In this document: in pieces, positions 35,958 to 53,659 of the stretch
Layout: each line of letters starts with the position of its first letter
Numbering within the stretch: the stretch's first letter is position 1
NCBI RefSeq assembly: GCF_009914755.1
Contig: NC_060930.1
Length of the DNA: 64,000 nucleotides
DNA from: the human T2T-CHM13v2.0 reference genome, Homo sapiens
Direction: 5' to 3' (one strand)
Position numbers and translations under genes: made by a program
Notes under the pieces: generated by a model
Databases searched by the model: none
Seen by the model: only the letters and a program-made list of their open reading frames with translations
Told to the model about the DNA's origin: nothing

Positions 35958-37515
35958 TGATCTCAGCCTTGTCAATGTAGGTCATCACCTTAGGTATTTT
36001 TTATTGTTCTTTTTTGGGGGGTGTTGGGGGACCAGGTCTCACTTTGTCACTCAGGCTGGAGTGCAGTGGCATAATCTTGACTCACTGCAACCTCCGCCAT
36101 CCAGACTCAAGTGATCCTCCCACTTCAGCCCCCTGAGTAGCTGGGACTACAGGCAGGCACCATCACACCTGGCTAGTTTTTTATATTTTTTGTAGAGACA
36201 GGGTTTTGCCATGCTGCCGAGGCTGGTCTCGAAATCCTCAGCCCAAGCAATCCTCCACCTCTGCCTCCCAAAGTGCTGGGATTACAGGCATGAGCCACCA
36301 CACCCAGCCACCCTAGGTATTTTAATCCTTATTCTTTTGTGCTACTTAAGCTCTGGGATAGCAACCTCCCCAGGTCCAAAGTGTGGCCACCTAACTTAGG
36401 TGCTTTCCTGTGTCCGAGGCTGTAGGTGCCCTGTTTCAACTACAATGGACAGTTTTCATGAGGCAGCACCCGTAACTGGCCACATCCAGCGTATTCAAGT
36501 TAAGCAAAACCACAGGAGGCAGGTGCCCATAGAAATCCTCTCTGGGCAATTAATAGCAGGTCCCCAGGCATTTAGGGTAGCTTTTACTCATAGGTTTTAG
36601 AATTGCAACTTTAAAAAAAAAAAAAAAAGTCCCAGGAGCTGGACATGGTGGCACGTGCCTGTAGTCCCAGCTACTCTGGAGCTGAAGCAGGAGGATCGCT
36701 TGTGGCCAGGAGTTCAAGGCTGCAGTGAACTGTGATTGTGCCATTGCACTCCAGCCTGGGTAACAGAGCAAGACCCTGTGTCTTAAAACAAATCAAAAAC
36801 AAACAAACCAACAAAAAACTGGCCCTGGGATCATCTTCATTAGAATCACCCGAGAGAGTTGTTTACAAAATGCAGCTTCCTGTCTCCATTTAGATCTAAT
36901 CAATTGGACTCTCTGGCGATAATCCTGGGAATCTGTGTTTTAACAAATTCACAAGGTCATTCTGCATACTGAAGTTTAGGAGTTAACCTAAACTCCACTT
37001 TTGTATCACCATTTGCCTAGCACAATGCTAAACACATGGGAGGTGCTAGAGAAATCCTCCTGGAAAGGATGAAGAGATGTTGAGAGCTGTCAACTTTCCG
37101 GCCCAGTGTGCCCCACCCACTGCGTATTTATGCACCGCATCCCAACCCCCCCCCCATTAACGCCCCTTCAATTCCTTGTATTCCTTTGGAGACAAGTCGT
37201 TTAAATTTTTTCTCATGGCATTTCGCCCCTACCTTTCTCAGCTAAGGCTTTGCTAGGCTCCCAAGCTCCCCAACTTTAATTCTTACGCCAGCTCAGCAAC
37301 CACAGTCCTCTTAGGAAGGTGCAATTGGCAGCAGAGGAGGGAAGTGTCATCTGAGCTCAGAAGCTCCCATTCCAGGATCTTGTCTAACAATCCTTTAAGA
37401 GTTGAGTGCCTCCCAGGCCAGGCATCACACTAGGCTCAGTGGATGAAGAAAGATGAACAAGTTTGGGAAGGGGTGCTTCTAAAATGGTCTCAGAACCCAC
37501 TGAGAGGATCAGTAG

Positions 37516-37923
<408 letters not shown>

Positions 37924-40900
37924 TGAGTCACCGCATTCAGCCGATTCATTTTATAAAATCACAAGCAGTGGTTAGGCTTCTCTTCTCCTTAGCGCCCTAG
38001 GTTTGCATTTTAGTCTCCTGAAATGCTTTAAAAATACAAACTTTCCGATACATTATTAACTATATTTCATCCCAGGATTAAAAGGAGACTCCAGACAGGT
38101 TTGTGCCTGTGCCCCTCTGTTTTGGTGTGGCGGGCCTCCGAGGAGGGCAGTGTAATTGCAGAGACTGAGTTTGAGGTTAGAGTGTTTATGTAAGAAATCA
38201 GCTCAACTTAAATATTTCTTGTGGTGCGGTCAGGGCTGCAAACATTCGCCCAGCACAGCAGCATGAATGTCATCTGTTTATTCAACCCTGTGTGGGCATC
38301 GATGTTTATGTGAAAGGACCCTGATCGTTTAAAGCCAGTTAATATTTTCAATCATACATCGTGTTGCTTACGCATCTTACAATCGGGATTGTGAAGAGAC
38401 AAGTTTTCCAAAAAATCAGACTGGTTGCATTTGTATATGTGCTTATGAGCAGACACATTTAATGAATGTTCATTTGGCAAAGTCTTACAATTAAGGATTT
38501 TTTTCTTCCAGAGATAATTACATGAGCCCTGATAATTTTCCTCTAAGTCAGCCTCTGATTACCTCCCCGCTTGATAGAGACAACATGTACCAGACAAACA
38601 GCGGAGACAGACTCCCTGAAAGAACTGCAAGCGCTCTCTGGGGTTCAGAACAAGCCAACTATATGAGAAGTGATACTTTCCAACTTCATGTCTTCATGGA
38701 GTTGGACACCAAAGGATTTTGGGGACCAGGGGAAAGTAAATGGTGAATAGCTTCCCTACTCCTCCCAAGACATTTTAGATTGTGGCTTCATTACTTAGTT
38801 TGAAATTTAAATTCCCGGAATATCGGACACCCCCAAACTCAAATGTGAGTACAGAAATGCATTCCAAAGCCAAATGTAAATTCTTTTTAAATTATTCATT
38901 CACCTAGCTCCCCATTAGAACAGATAATTGAAGTAGCTATAAATATGCATAAACAGAAGTGACAGAAACAGAAACATCCACATCAAATTACAGATGGACA
39001 GAAAAATCCACTTAAGCGCTAAATAATTAGGGAGGAGAGAAGCCAAGGAAGGCGGGAGGCGATAGCTCCGGAGTGATGGGCGAGTTGGGACTATTCTGCA
39101 AACAGCCAGAGAGATGGGAGCCAATTTGGAGGGGAGGGAGGGGACCTGGCTGAGAGGAAGGGGCTTGGCGAGGGCTGAGGGGCAAAGCTTGTATAGGGAA
39201 AGATAAATCCGTGGTGGGTTCTGGTTTCTGACAAGTCTGAACTCAGAGAGGCAAAAGTGACAGATGGAACCCTGGTCAACATGAAAAAAAGAAAGCACGC
39301 TACAGATGAGATGGTGGGAGTCTTCTGGGAACCAACAATCAGAGCACAGGGAAGTGACATCACATCTGCAGCTTCCCACCCCAGGGCTGGGCCCCTTCGC
39401 TTCTCTGCGGATGAGCAGGGGGTCAAAATGTTCTTAGAAGCAACTCTCCTGTAGTGGATGGCAATTTGGGAATAAGAATATGCTAACTGGAGGTGGGCAG
39501 ATCACCCGAGGTCAGGAGTTTGAGACTAGCCTGGCCAACATGGTGAAACCCTGTCTCTACTAAAAATATAAAAATTAGCTGGGCATGGTGGCACACACCT
39601 GTAATCCCAGCTACTCAGGAGGCTGAGACATATTTATAGAATCTCTTGAACCTGGGAGGCAGAGGTTGCAGTGAGCTGAGATCACACCACCGCACTCCAG
39701 CCTGGGGGACAAAGGGAGACTCTGTCTCAAAAAAAAAAAAAAAAAAAAAAGAATATGCTAATTGGCAAATGGTTTGAGGTTCCCCTATTTAAAAAAAAAT
39801 AGGGGTTCAAAGCAGCTATTTAGAACCCAGAAGGTTTTAAGGGTTAAGGAATATGATGTTCTCCCAGGCCCCCCCAGTCCTTATTTGCCACCGCAGTGTG
39901 TTCCCTTTCAATTGCTCAAAGGTAACCGACAAAAAGAAACTCTATGGAAACCCTAATGAAGTCAGCAAAGCAACCTGAGAATGAAAGTCCAATACTGGCT
40001 GCAATATTGATCATTCCTAAGTTAACGTACCTACGTTACTCATGAAAAGTTCAGCTCTTAGCATAATTTTTTTTTCTTTTGAGACAGTCTCTATTGCCTA
40101 AGCTGGAATGCAGTGGTGCGATCATGGCTCACTGCAGCTTCGACCTTCCTGGGCTCAGGTGATCCTTCCCACTGAGCCTCCTGAGTAGCTGGGACTACAG
40201 GCATGCACTACCATGCCCAGTTACAATTTTTAAAATTGTTTGTAGAGATGGGATTTCACTATGTTGCCCAGGGTGGTCCCAAACTCCTGAACTAAAGCGA
40301 TCCTCCCAACCTTGGCCTCCCAAAGTGCTGGGATTGCAGGCATGAGCCACCGTCCCAGCCTCTTAGCAGAGTTTGAAATGGGAGCAGAGATTTGAGCACG
40401 TGTCCCCCCGTATGTACAGACATCTGGTGGCGGCTGGCAGCTTCTGTTCCAAGCCCAGGTCAGCTGCCTGGTGAGGACTGAGAGTGGAGACTAGATTCTT
40501 CAAAAAGCCATCTAAATGAAGGCTCACAGCAATCAGATAACAGTAGCAACAGGAAGTAAGCCAGTCAAGATGGGCATCCAGTTATTTAACATCTGATTCT
40601 AACAGTGAACATTGACTGAAAGATTAACATTTGCCAGGGACTATCCCAATCATCTTGCACAGATTCTTTTATTTAATCCTACAACAACCTTAGAAAGTAG
40701 GTACGTAGTTGCTTTTTAAAATTTTCCTTCCCCATTTTGTAATTAAGGAAACAGAGACTCAACAAGGTAAGGGAACATGCCCCAGATGCCACCATCCACA
40801 AGTGACGGCTGGGACTCAGCCTGGTCCGCCTGACTGCAGAGCCATGCGCAATGCACTGAGCACTTCTGCCTGAATCCAGTGGGGGCTGTCCAGGTTGGGA

Positions 40901-41407
40901 TGAAGCTGTATGCAGAGGAATGAAAGCTTTGAGAGGCTCTGAGGGTTCTTGGACTAGAGCCAACCCAGCTGTATGGTGGGAATTCGAAAGCTCAAAGAGT
41001 GAAGAAGCCACTTCTGTAGCAGGTGATTTGGGAAGAGTAAGTAAAGAAACATAGAGTCTGCATACCCCTGAGTGGGGATGACAGTACTAACCCAGACAGA
41101 CTGCCTGGAACCTCCAGATTGTGTCCAACATGTGTAAGAAGACAGGGACTTTAACATGGAGCTTGTGTCCTCTCATACATGAGCACCAGCCTTGTCACAC
41201 GGGGGCTTACCTCCATGTCACCATGGGGCAAGTGTCCTGGGAGGCCAGCCTCCCCTCAGCCTCACAGTGACCAATGGACCCACACCAGGCACTGGCGTGC
41301 AGTGAGCCTACCCCTCACACCCCACCTAGAAACCACAGCCCCAATGCTGGTCCTAGAACTGAGGCGTGGGATCAAAGCAGAAAAATCAGTCAACTTTAAA
41401 ATTGCTA

Positions 41408-41700
<293 letters not shown>

Positions 41701-43701
41701 TTACATCACTGCACTCCAGCCTGGGCAGCAGAGCAAGACCCTGTCTCAAAAAAATAAATGAATAAATAAAAATTAAAATGTGGTGGTATTATGAAATCAT
41801 CTCTGAGTTATTACATCTGAGAGATGAATAGATGTCTTATGGGGTGTGTGATTCAAATTATGACACTTTTAAGCACTTGCCCTATGTATGATACTGAGCC
41901 TGGTTCTAGGAGTAAGGACTCCTCGCTGCAGGCAGATAAGCACACAACTTCCATGGAATGCAGAATGGTGATTCCTCCTGTCTTTGTTTCCACAGTTTAT
42001 AGAGCACCACGATGTGGCAGACCCTGCACCCAGCCCTGAGAATGCAAAGATGATGGGCGAGGTGTCTGCTCTCAGGAGGTTCACTATTGAGTAGGCAAAA
42101 GAGCGTCATAGGACCCAAGACAGAGGTGGAGGCAGGGAGGTAGCAGAAGGGAGGAGCCTGGAGCAGAGTCAGAAAAAGCTTCTCAAAGGAAGTGATGCTG
42201 CAGAAATGTGCAAGAACCAGACTGGAGGGTGAGGGAGGTGGTGGATGGAGAGACCGTGACCATGTGGATTAGGGAAAGATTCACACAGCTGGGTTCAATC
42301 GACACTGGGACGCTAGGTAAATCACCACCTTCCTTCTTCGTGATGGAGTGTAGTATAGAATAATGGATCAGAGTTCAGGTTGAATCCTGGCTCTAACCTT
42401 CACTAGCTGTGTGACATTGGGCAAAATACTTAACCTCTCTGGGCCTTATTTGCCTTATCTGTACAATGGGGATAACAACAGCACCAGCCTCACAGCGTTG
42501 TTATGAAGGAAGAACTTTGTGAATAAAGTGCTCAGTACTGGGTTTCAGATATGGTACTCATTGAGTGTTAGTATCATCATTATCATGATTACTAATAGTA
42601 GTGTTATTTATATTCCTGCTTAGCAGCCTTTAGGAGCTGCTCAATAATTCTTTCATGGGATGAATGAGTTCACCAATTCATTATCAACATGGACATTACC
42701 GTTGCCCAAGATGGCAGCAGGAAACAGCACAAAGAGAACCCATGAGCCAGGTGCCATTAAGGAAAGTGAAACTTTGTCCTGAGGTTGGTAGAAAATGGCA
42801 ATGAAGGATGGGTATGGTCACTTCACATTTGCTGAAACAGGCCCAGGGTTCAATAGTAATGCAGAATTAACAATCTATAAAGTGAAAGGAATAAGGTTTT
42901 TTCCTTAAAGACTTGTTCCACCTGCTTGAATGCAGTTGAGACTTGCAAGCCCAAGGGGCTGAATCCAACAAGCTCCAAAGTCTTCAAGGTGGGGAGAAGG
43001 GAGTTGGGTGGTGAAACCGAGCCCAGAAAGCTGTAAAAACTTCCTGCCTGGTCTGGGGGTCTCCACCAAAAGCTCCCAGGAGCTATGAGTACAGGCGTGA
43101 GCCAAGGCCTCGGTGGGCAGGACACCCCCATGCGCACAATGATTGTGAGGAAAAACCCATGGCGGCTCCCACAGAGGCCCCACCCTGCGGACTCGAAGCC
43201 CAACATGAGGGCCAGGCCTGGGCTCCGTGGAACACTGATGAGCATGGCGCCCTGCCTGAGGGCACCCTGACTCTAGAACAATCTCTTCCTCTTTCTCCAC
43301 CCAAGGTGCCCTTAGAAAAGAGTTGGAGAGAAAACTCATTCCCTGGGGTACTTTATTAAGAAATTGAATCCAGTGTAACTCTATTATTCATTTGCTTAGG
43401 ATGCTTCTGTTTTAATGGGACCCCGTAGCAGTCACTCTAGGGCAGAGGGGAGGTCATCAGGCCGGCCAGGAGAGCAATGTCAAAGTCACAGCCATTCCCC
43501 CACGGCCCACACCACCAGCCTCCCTCCTCAGAGAGACACTCCCACCCAGGCACTGACCCTGCCGTGGTGCAAGCAGAAAAAGGTGTATTGAACTTAGCAA
43601 AAAGAACAGCCAGGCGCGGTGGCTCACGCCTGTAATCCCAGCACTTTGGGAGGCCGAGGCAGGCGGATCACGAGGTCAGGAGATCGAGACCATCCTGGCT
43701 A

Positions 43702-44055
<354 letters not shown>

Positions 44056-44490
44056 TCAAACCCTAGACCACCTGCAACTCTGAACTATGTCTCCTCTGAT
44101 CCACTGGTGGCCAAGGAGTAAATTCCGACAGAAGCTGGTGTTTCTGCTGCTCCAAACCCCCAACCCCAAATTGGCATCTGGAAGTGCCCCTTCCCGCGGC
44201 TCTCTCTGCCCAGCACCGTGCCCTCCCTCAGCCGGGCCCCTGGCCTCCCAAGCATAAAGGTCCCATGCCAGACCCAGCACCTCCGTATAGACACTGCTCA
44301 TGGCAGAGGTGGCCAGCTCTTCCAGCCTGTGTTTCAAACATCACCCCAAGAATGCAGAGACTCTGATCCTTGGAATGCAAGCACAAATTCACTCTCATTA
44401 GGCTGAATTTGTATTATGGTTTTCACAATTCAAGTGTTTCTTGCGTTTGTGTTATAAAATTAAAAATATATTGTCAAGAATATCATTATC

Positions 44491-44685
44491 AGCTGAGCAC
44501 AGTGGGCCACGCCTGTAGTTCTAGCTACTCAGGAGACTGAGCTGGGAGGATCACTTGAGCCCAGGAATTCGAGGCTGCAGTGAGCTATGATGACGACGTC
44601 TGTGAATAACCACTGCACTCCAGCCTGAGCAACATAGTGAGATCCTGTTGCTTAAAAAAAAGTAAGTAAAATAATACAATAAAAT
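44491..44685 (+). mobile_element. FAM-type fossil Alu monomer (7SL-derived)
   Basis: Monomer retaining the 7SL segment ctgtgaataaccactgcactcc; TSD AAGAATATCATTRTC on both sides. Confidence 0.75.
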
Positions 44686-44829
44686 AAGAATATCATTGTC
44701 ATTCTCAACCACAAATGGAATCATTTATTTGGATTTCAATTGTATCAATGAAGTTTACTTCATACAATTGCAGTCTAGCTCCTTTTTTAAAAGCTCTTTA
44801 TTTCCATAGCAAAAAAAAATGTGTAAAAA

Positions 44830-45310
44830 GTTAAATATAGAATTACCATATGACCCAGCAATTCTACTCCTAGGTATATACCCCAAAGAATTGAAAACAG
44901 GGACTCAAACAGACACTTGAACACTCGCGTTCATAGCAACATTACTCACAGTAGCCAAAAGCTAGAAACAACTCAGGTGTCCCTCAACAGATGAATGGAT
45001 AAACCAAACGGGGGACAGACAGACAATGGGTAAAATTCTGACATGTATTACAATGTAGATGGGCCTTGAAAACATGCTCAGTGAAATAAGCCAGATACAA
45101 ATGGACAAATAGAATATGATTCCACTTACATAAAACGTCTATAATGTAGGCAAATGAATAGAGATAAAAAGGAGATTGAAAGTTATCAGAGGGGGGTAAT
45201 GGGGAGTTATTGCTTAAAGGGTACAGAGTTTCTGTTTAGGGAGATGAAAAGGTTTTGGGATTACATGGTGGTGATGGCTATGCAATGTCATGAATGTATT
45301 TAAATACTTT
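44830..45310 (+). mobile_element. L1MB-type 3' end (continues in pieces to ~45880; a similar fragment lies at 47810-47972)
   Basis: agttaaatatagaattaccatatgacccagcaattctactcctaggtatataccccaaagaattgaaaacaggg. Confidence 0.85.
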
Positions 45311-46153
45311 GGGTTGGGCCGGGACGGAGGCTCACGCCTGTAATCCCAGTGCTTTGGGAGGCCAAGGTGGGTGGATCGCTTGAGGTCGGGAGTTCAAGAC
45401 CAGCCGGGCCAACATGGTGAAACCACATATCTATTAAAAATACAAAAATTAACCAGGTGTGGTGGCAGGTGCCTGTAATCCCAGCTACTAGGGAGGCTGA
45501 GGCAGAATTGCTTGAACCTGGGAGGCAGAGGTTGCAGTGCGCTGAATCGTGCCATTGCACTCCTACCTGGGCAACGGAACAAAACTCCATCTCAAAAAAA
45601 AGAAAAATACTTTGAGTCGTACATTTAAAAATGGTTAAAACAAGCTGAGCATGGTGGCATGTGCCTGTACTTCCAGCTACACAGGAGGCTGAGGCAGGAG
45701 GGTGTCTTGAGCCCAGGAGTTTGATGCTACAGTGTGCTATGATTATGCCACTGCACTCTAGCCTGGGTGACAGAGTGAGACCCTGTCTCTAAAAATAAAT
45801 AAACAAATAAATAAATAATGTTTTAAACTGGTTAAAACAGTGCATTTTATGTTACATATATTTTTGCTCAAAAATTGAAAAAATAAGGATTTTTGTTAGT
45901 ATTTCAATTTTTGGCTACTAGAATGATTAACATTTTTATTGGCTATGTTTAAAGGCATTATAATATCATTTATTTTCAACATACTGCCCCAAATTTGAAC
46001 ATCTTTCAAACGTAGCTGGGCAATGGCAGACTGGCTAGAATTGCCCTTTTTGGGGAGAGCAGATTCAGAAGGAGTGAGGGTAGAGCCTCAACAGCCTGGC
46101 CTTCTAGCCAACTCTCTGCTTCCTGCCCATACAACCTCAGTCACTTATCCTCA

Positions 46154-46324
<171 letters not shown>

Positions 46325-46672
46325 TTAGCTGGACGTGGTAGCACACACCTGCGGTCCCAGTTACTCAGGAGGCTGAAATGGGAGGATCATGTGAGCCCAG
46401 GAATTTGAGGCTACAGTGAGCTATGACCACGCCACTGCACTCCAACCTGAATGAAAGGGGGAGACCCTGTCTTCTTAATAATAATAGTAATAGTAATAAT
46501 AATATAGTTTTATAGGGTTACCATGAACATATTAATAAAATGTGTTACAAATGTAATGTGTTTAATACAGTGCCTGGCAGGTATTAAGTGCTTATAGTTA
46601 AGCTATTCTTAATATTATTATTACAGAATTTAGTTTTTTTAGTGAGTGATTGGGATTTTTTTTTTTTTTTAG

Positions 46673-46970
<298 letters not shown>

Positions 46971-48319
46971 TGATTAAGAAGCACTGATAATTCCAAAGGA
47001 AAGAACTATAGGGAATGGCTTAAAGGCCTACAAGGAAACTCTGTACTGGGAAGTGAGAAAGAGCATGAGGCTCTCCTGAATATACCCCAGTGGCATGTTG
47101 AAGGTGTCAGGTCTGAGATGAAATCATTCTGCGAGAGAAGAGTGTGCTGAGCATAGAAACGGTCTCTCCACATGAACAGACCTCTCAGCCTGTGCAGCTT
47201 CTGCTTCCCAGGAGCTCAGCCCGTGGCAGAAGTTTTCCTGATGCAAAGATTTCACTTTCACTATTAGGCTGTCACTATGCCCTGACAGCTTCCCAGGTGT
47301 GAGTTACAGCTACTGGTTTGAGGTTATTTTTTTTTTTTCTCTACGTATCGTATAGGACTCGGCCCATTCCTGTGAAGAGAGCACATTTCTTGCTTCCCTT
47401 AGTCACTACATTGGTGTCAATGTCAGACACTCTGTATTAGGGACCAAGGTTCCTGAAGAATCCTGGAAAAATGGGGTGGGGGTGGAGAAGGCAGTGGCTG
47501 GGAGTGAGAATACATGCTCTAAGGCCAAGAGTCCAAGAGGACACGGACGTCCTCTCCAGCCAGGCCCTGGTCAGACCAAGGACACATCCAGGGGTGGAGA
47601 GTGGAAGACCAAGAGCTCCCCATGAGCCAAAAATGAATAAATTGTTTCTAAGTAAAAGTGATAAAAAATGATGTGATGATACACTGATCATTGAAGGCGA
47701 AGAGGAGAACTTAGGAGATTTTTAAGTCATAACTATATGCTAGGACACCCTGGAAATTAATTTTCCAATTCAAAATATTTTAATTCTGGTATAAACGTTC
47801 ATGAATTATTATTTACTGGGTACAGAGTTTCAGTTGGAAAGGATGGAAAAAGTTCTGGAGATGGATGGTGGTGACGGTCACACAACAGTGTAAATGAGCT
47901 TAATGCCACTGAACTGTGCACTTAAAAATGGTTAAAATGGTAAATTTTATGTTGCATATATTTTGCCATATTACAGTTTTGGGTCTCGTTCTCTTGGCCT
48001 GGGCTCAAATGACCCTTCCGCCTCAGCCTCCTGAGTAGCTGGGACCGCAGGTGTGCACCACCTTGCCCAGCTAATTTTTAAAATTTTTTGTAGAGATGGG
48101 GTCTTATTATGTTGCCCAAGCTGGTCTCGAACTCCTGGGTTTAAATGATCTTCGCACCTTGGCCTCCCAAAGTGCTGGGATTACAGATGGGAGCCACCGC
48201 ACCTTGCCAAAAAAAAAAAAATGTTTTTAAGTACATTCGTTAGCACACCTACAAAACTTTTGACTCATCTGACACAAATTTGTCACTTCATTCTTAACCA
48301 TATTATCTCTGCTGCTTAA

Positions 48320-48538
<219 letters not shown>

Positions 48539-49907
48539 TGAAACTTTTGAAAGAAAAAAAAAAAAAGTCTGTTACCATCTTTTGCAGTTCTGATATTCTA
48601 GGTTTAATAACAACTGCCATTTATGAGAGCTTACAGGCTCTCTGCTGCACATCTTATAAGCATTACCTCATTCACTACTCTTGAGGAGGCCATGAGGGTG
48701 GTGTGATTACCCTCATCTGAGAGAGAGACTGAGCCTTACAGAGATCCAGGGACTTGTCCTTGACCAGTGAGCAAGTGGGTGGAGTGGGCTATGGACTCTG
48801 GACTGGAGGAGCCCCGAGCCCGTGCTCTCAGCCGCTGCTCAGCCCTGCAGCAGGAAGAACATCTGAAGCAAACTACAAAGGACTTTTCTCCCTGAAAAAG
48901 CGATTAGCCCATAATAGAAGACCTAAGTCCAGCAAAAAGAGCCGCCGTTTCTGCTGCACTTTGTTTCCTACTGGGTGACGGATGGCGCTGTCATCTCTTC
49001 AGGGAGGGAGGCTTACAGACAGGCCAGCTCGTCAGCCTGCTGGCTCCTTCAAAGTCAGGTCTTCACAGTAGGTTCCTTTATTTCTGTCTCAACAAGTTGA
49101 AATCCCCTCAAATTAGACACACACTTTTCTTATGTAATTAAAGTACAGTGAGAAGACAGGCATCATTTTAGATTATGCTGACTCCTATTTCTCATCATTA
49201 ATACAATCAAGAGTTGACTCTCCTGCGCTTCCAGACCTTGAAGCAGACATCAGCTAACTCTCAGGATGCAATGAAGGTTCACTGACCTTCGAATATTCTC
49301 TAAGTCTGTTTTTAACCACTATTCGTTCTGTCTCTCTAAACCACGGCAAAAATCAGGGCTCTGCCCAGTGACCGTCAGCCAGAGAAGCAGGAAGAAATGC
49401 AAGAAGAGGCAGCAAGAGTACAATTGAGCCTTGGCTGCCCATGGGGTATTTACCTTCCTTGACTAAAATTGTTGAAAATCAACCTAGATATTGATAACAA
49501 CAACAATAAAACCACCTTAGAACATTCGTACAATGACATTATGTGGCCATTAAGAATGAAGGAGATCGCTAATGGAATAAATCATTGTCTAAATCAATGA
49601 CAGAGCTTTGCAACTTGAAGCCAAATAGAGCAATCATCTTGCAGAGATAGAGATGGATTTGAAAATAATATTAGGTCTTTAAACAAGGAGCATCCAATGC
49701 CACAACTAACAACCTGGGAAAATAATGGCGTAGGACTCAATAGGGGAGTAGCTCAAGTGCAAATAACAGAAATCTAAACCCAAGCGCACCTTTCCGCTCA
49801 ATGCCACATTGGCTAAAGCTCCTTACCAGAACTCACAGAGGTGGAACTGATAGTTGTAATCAGAACTCCACTGACTAGCATTCGTATCATTATGTATTTA
49901 TGCATAA

Positions 49908-50114
<207 letters not shown>

Positions 50115-50117
50115 TGA

Positions 50118-50303
<186 letters not shown>

Positions 50304-50411
50304 TGAAAGGCCTTTTGCTGGTAACGTTAAACGTAGATTTCTGCATTGGATACTATCTATTGATAACGAAGATCTGTTACCTGGAGTGGGTAAAACCAGG
50401 TAAGTAACACT

Positions 50412-50980
50412 GTATCGGTTAGCTATTACTGCAGGACAAATTACTCCAAACCTTGGTGACTTACAGCAGCAACAGTCACTTATTATTTTTCATAGTTTCT
50501 GTAGATCAGAAATTTGGAGAGGCCCAGAGGGAGAACAGTTTTATTTCTGCGCCACAATGTCTGGGGGCTCAGCTGGAAGTCTGACAGGTGGGAACTGGAA
50601 TCCTCTGAAGGCTCATTCCCTCACTTGTCTGACCACTGATGCCATCTGTCAACTGAGAGACTAATAGGGTTGTTGGTTGGAACACTCACATATGGCTTCT
50701 CCATGTGGTCTGGTGGCTGGGATCCAAGGGCAAGCATCCAAAGATGGAGAGAGCCAGACAGAAGCTGTATCCTTGTTATGACCTAACCTGGAGGTCACCC
50801 AGCACTGTTTCCACCAAACTTCACTGACCAAGCTGATCACAAGCCTCTACTCAGTTTTAAAGGGAAGGAACATCAACCCACATCTTTGTGGGATGAACAT
50901 CAATCACACCCTAAGAAGAGCACATAGATGGGGATACATCTATAGGTAAGACCTTCTTTGGAAAATACAACCTTCCCATA
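50412..50980 (-). mobile_element. MLT1 (F/G-like) LTR
   Basis: tgtatcggttagctattactgc..acaaattactccaaa.. and ..tctttggaaaatacaaccttcccataca ends. Confidence 0.65.
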
Positions 50981-51878
50981 CAGAAAGCTGCCTTCTGTAG
51001 GGATGTCCATGATGCAATAAGTTATAAACAAGAGTCTTAGGTGGATCCTAACAGATGAATGGAAGAATATTTGGTTTCTGGTAACGTGGTGGGAGACGAG
51101 ATTAGAAAGGTATGTAAGAGGCCAGGAGCAGTGGCTTAGGCCTGTGATCCCAGCAATTTGGGAGGCCAAGGTGGGGGGATCGCACAAGCTCAGCTTGGGC
51201 AACATGGCAAGGCCCTGTCTTTACCAAAAATTAAAAAATTAGCTGGGCATGGTAGCATGCTCCTATAGTCCTAGCTACTTGGGAGGCTGAGGCAGAAGGA
51301 TTGCTTGAGCCCAGGAGTTTGAGGCTACAGTGAGCTATAATCATACCACTGCCCTCCAGCCTGGGCGGCAGAGCCAGACCCGGTCTCTAAAAAAAGAAAA
51401 AGAAAAATATTACGATATGAATGTGGATCATGAAAAAAAAATTTAAGAAAAGAAAAATACGGTAGCACCAGGTTTCAGAAAGTCCAGAATGACACATTAG
51501 AAGTGTGGGCTTTATTCCGGGGGCACTAGCGATCCATAAAAGTGTTTCTAGCAAAGATTGCCTCATGGCCCTAGAGAAAATGGATTAGAGAAAGGAGAAC
51601 CAAGAGTCAGGGAAACCAATTGGGAGTTATTTAAAGTGGTCTAGGTGAGGGCCGGGTGCCGTGGCTCGTGCCTCTAATACCAACAGTTTGGGAGGCCGAG
51701 GTGGACGGATCATTTGAGGCCAGGAGTTTGAGACCAGCCTGGCCAACATGGCAAAACCTCATCTCTACTAAAAATACAAAAATCAGCCAGGCGCGGTGGC
51801 TCACACCTGTAATCCCAGCACTTTGGGAGGCTGAGGTGGGCGGATTACGAGGTCAGGAGATCGAGACCATCCTGGCTA

Positions 51879-53106
<1,228 letters not shown>

Positions 53107-53323
53107 TATAGTTTTGTATCTGTAACCGTACACATACAGTATAAAGCAGTTTGCCTTAAAATTACACTTACTTAACACATGGCTATACAATTTTATAAAG
53201 CATTGATTTTGCTTATAAACCCCACAAGCGGTCGGGCGTGGTGGCTCACGCCTGTAATCCCAGCACTTTGGGAGGCCAAGGCAGGCAGATCACAAGGTCA
53301 GGAAATCGAGACCATCCTGGCTA

Positions 53324-53659
<336 letters not shown>

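Noticed and set aside
40418-40436. Possible CTCF site (minus strand GCCACCAGATGTC)
   Set aside because: Mismatch in the core GGC; cannot be supported without ChIP data.
42850-43359. Cluster of overlapping 60-144 aa ORFs in GC-richer unique DNA
   Set aside because: No homology I recognise, no clear exon structure; expected by chance at this GC content.
44491-44660. 7SL RNA gene
   Set aside because: Lacks the S domain, is diverged, and has an A-tail and TSD; a fossil Alu monomer.
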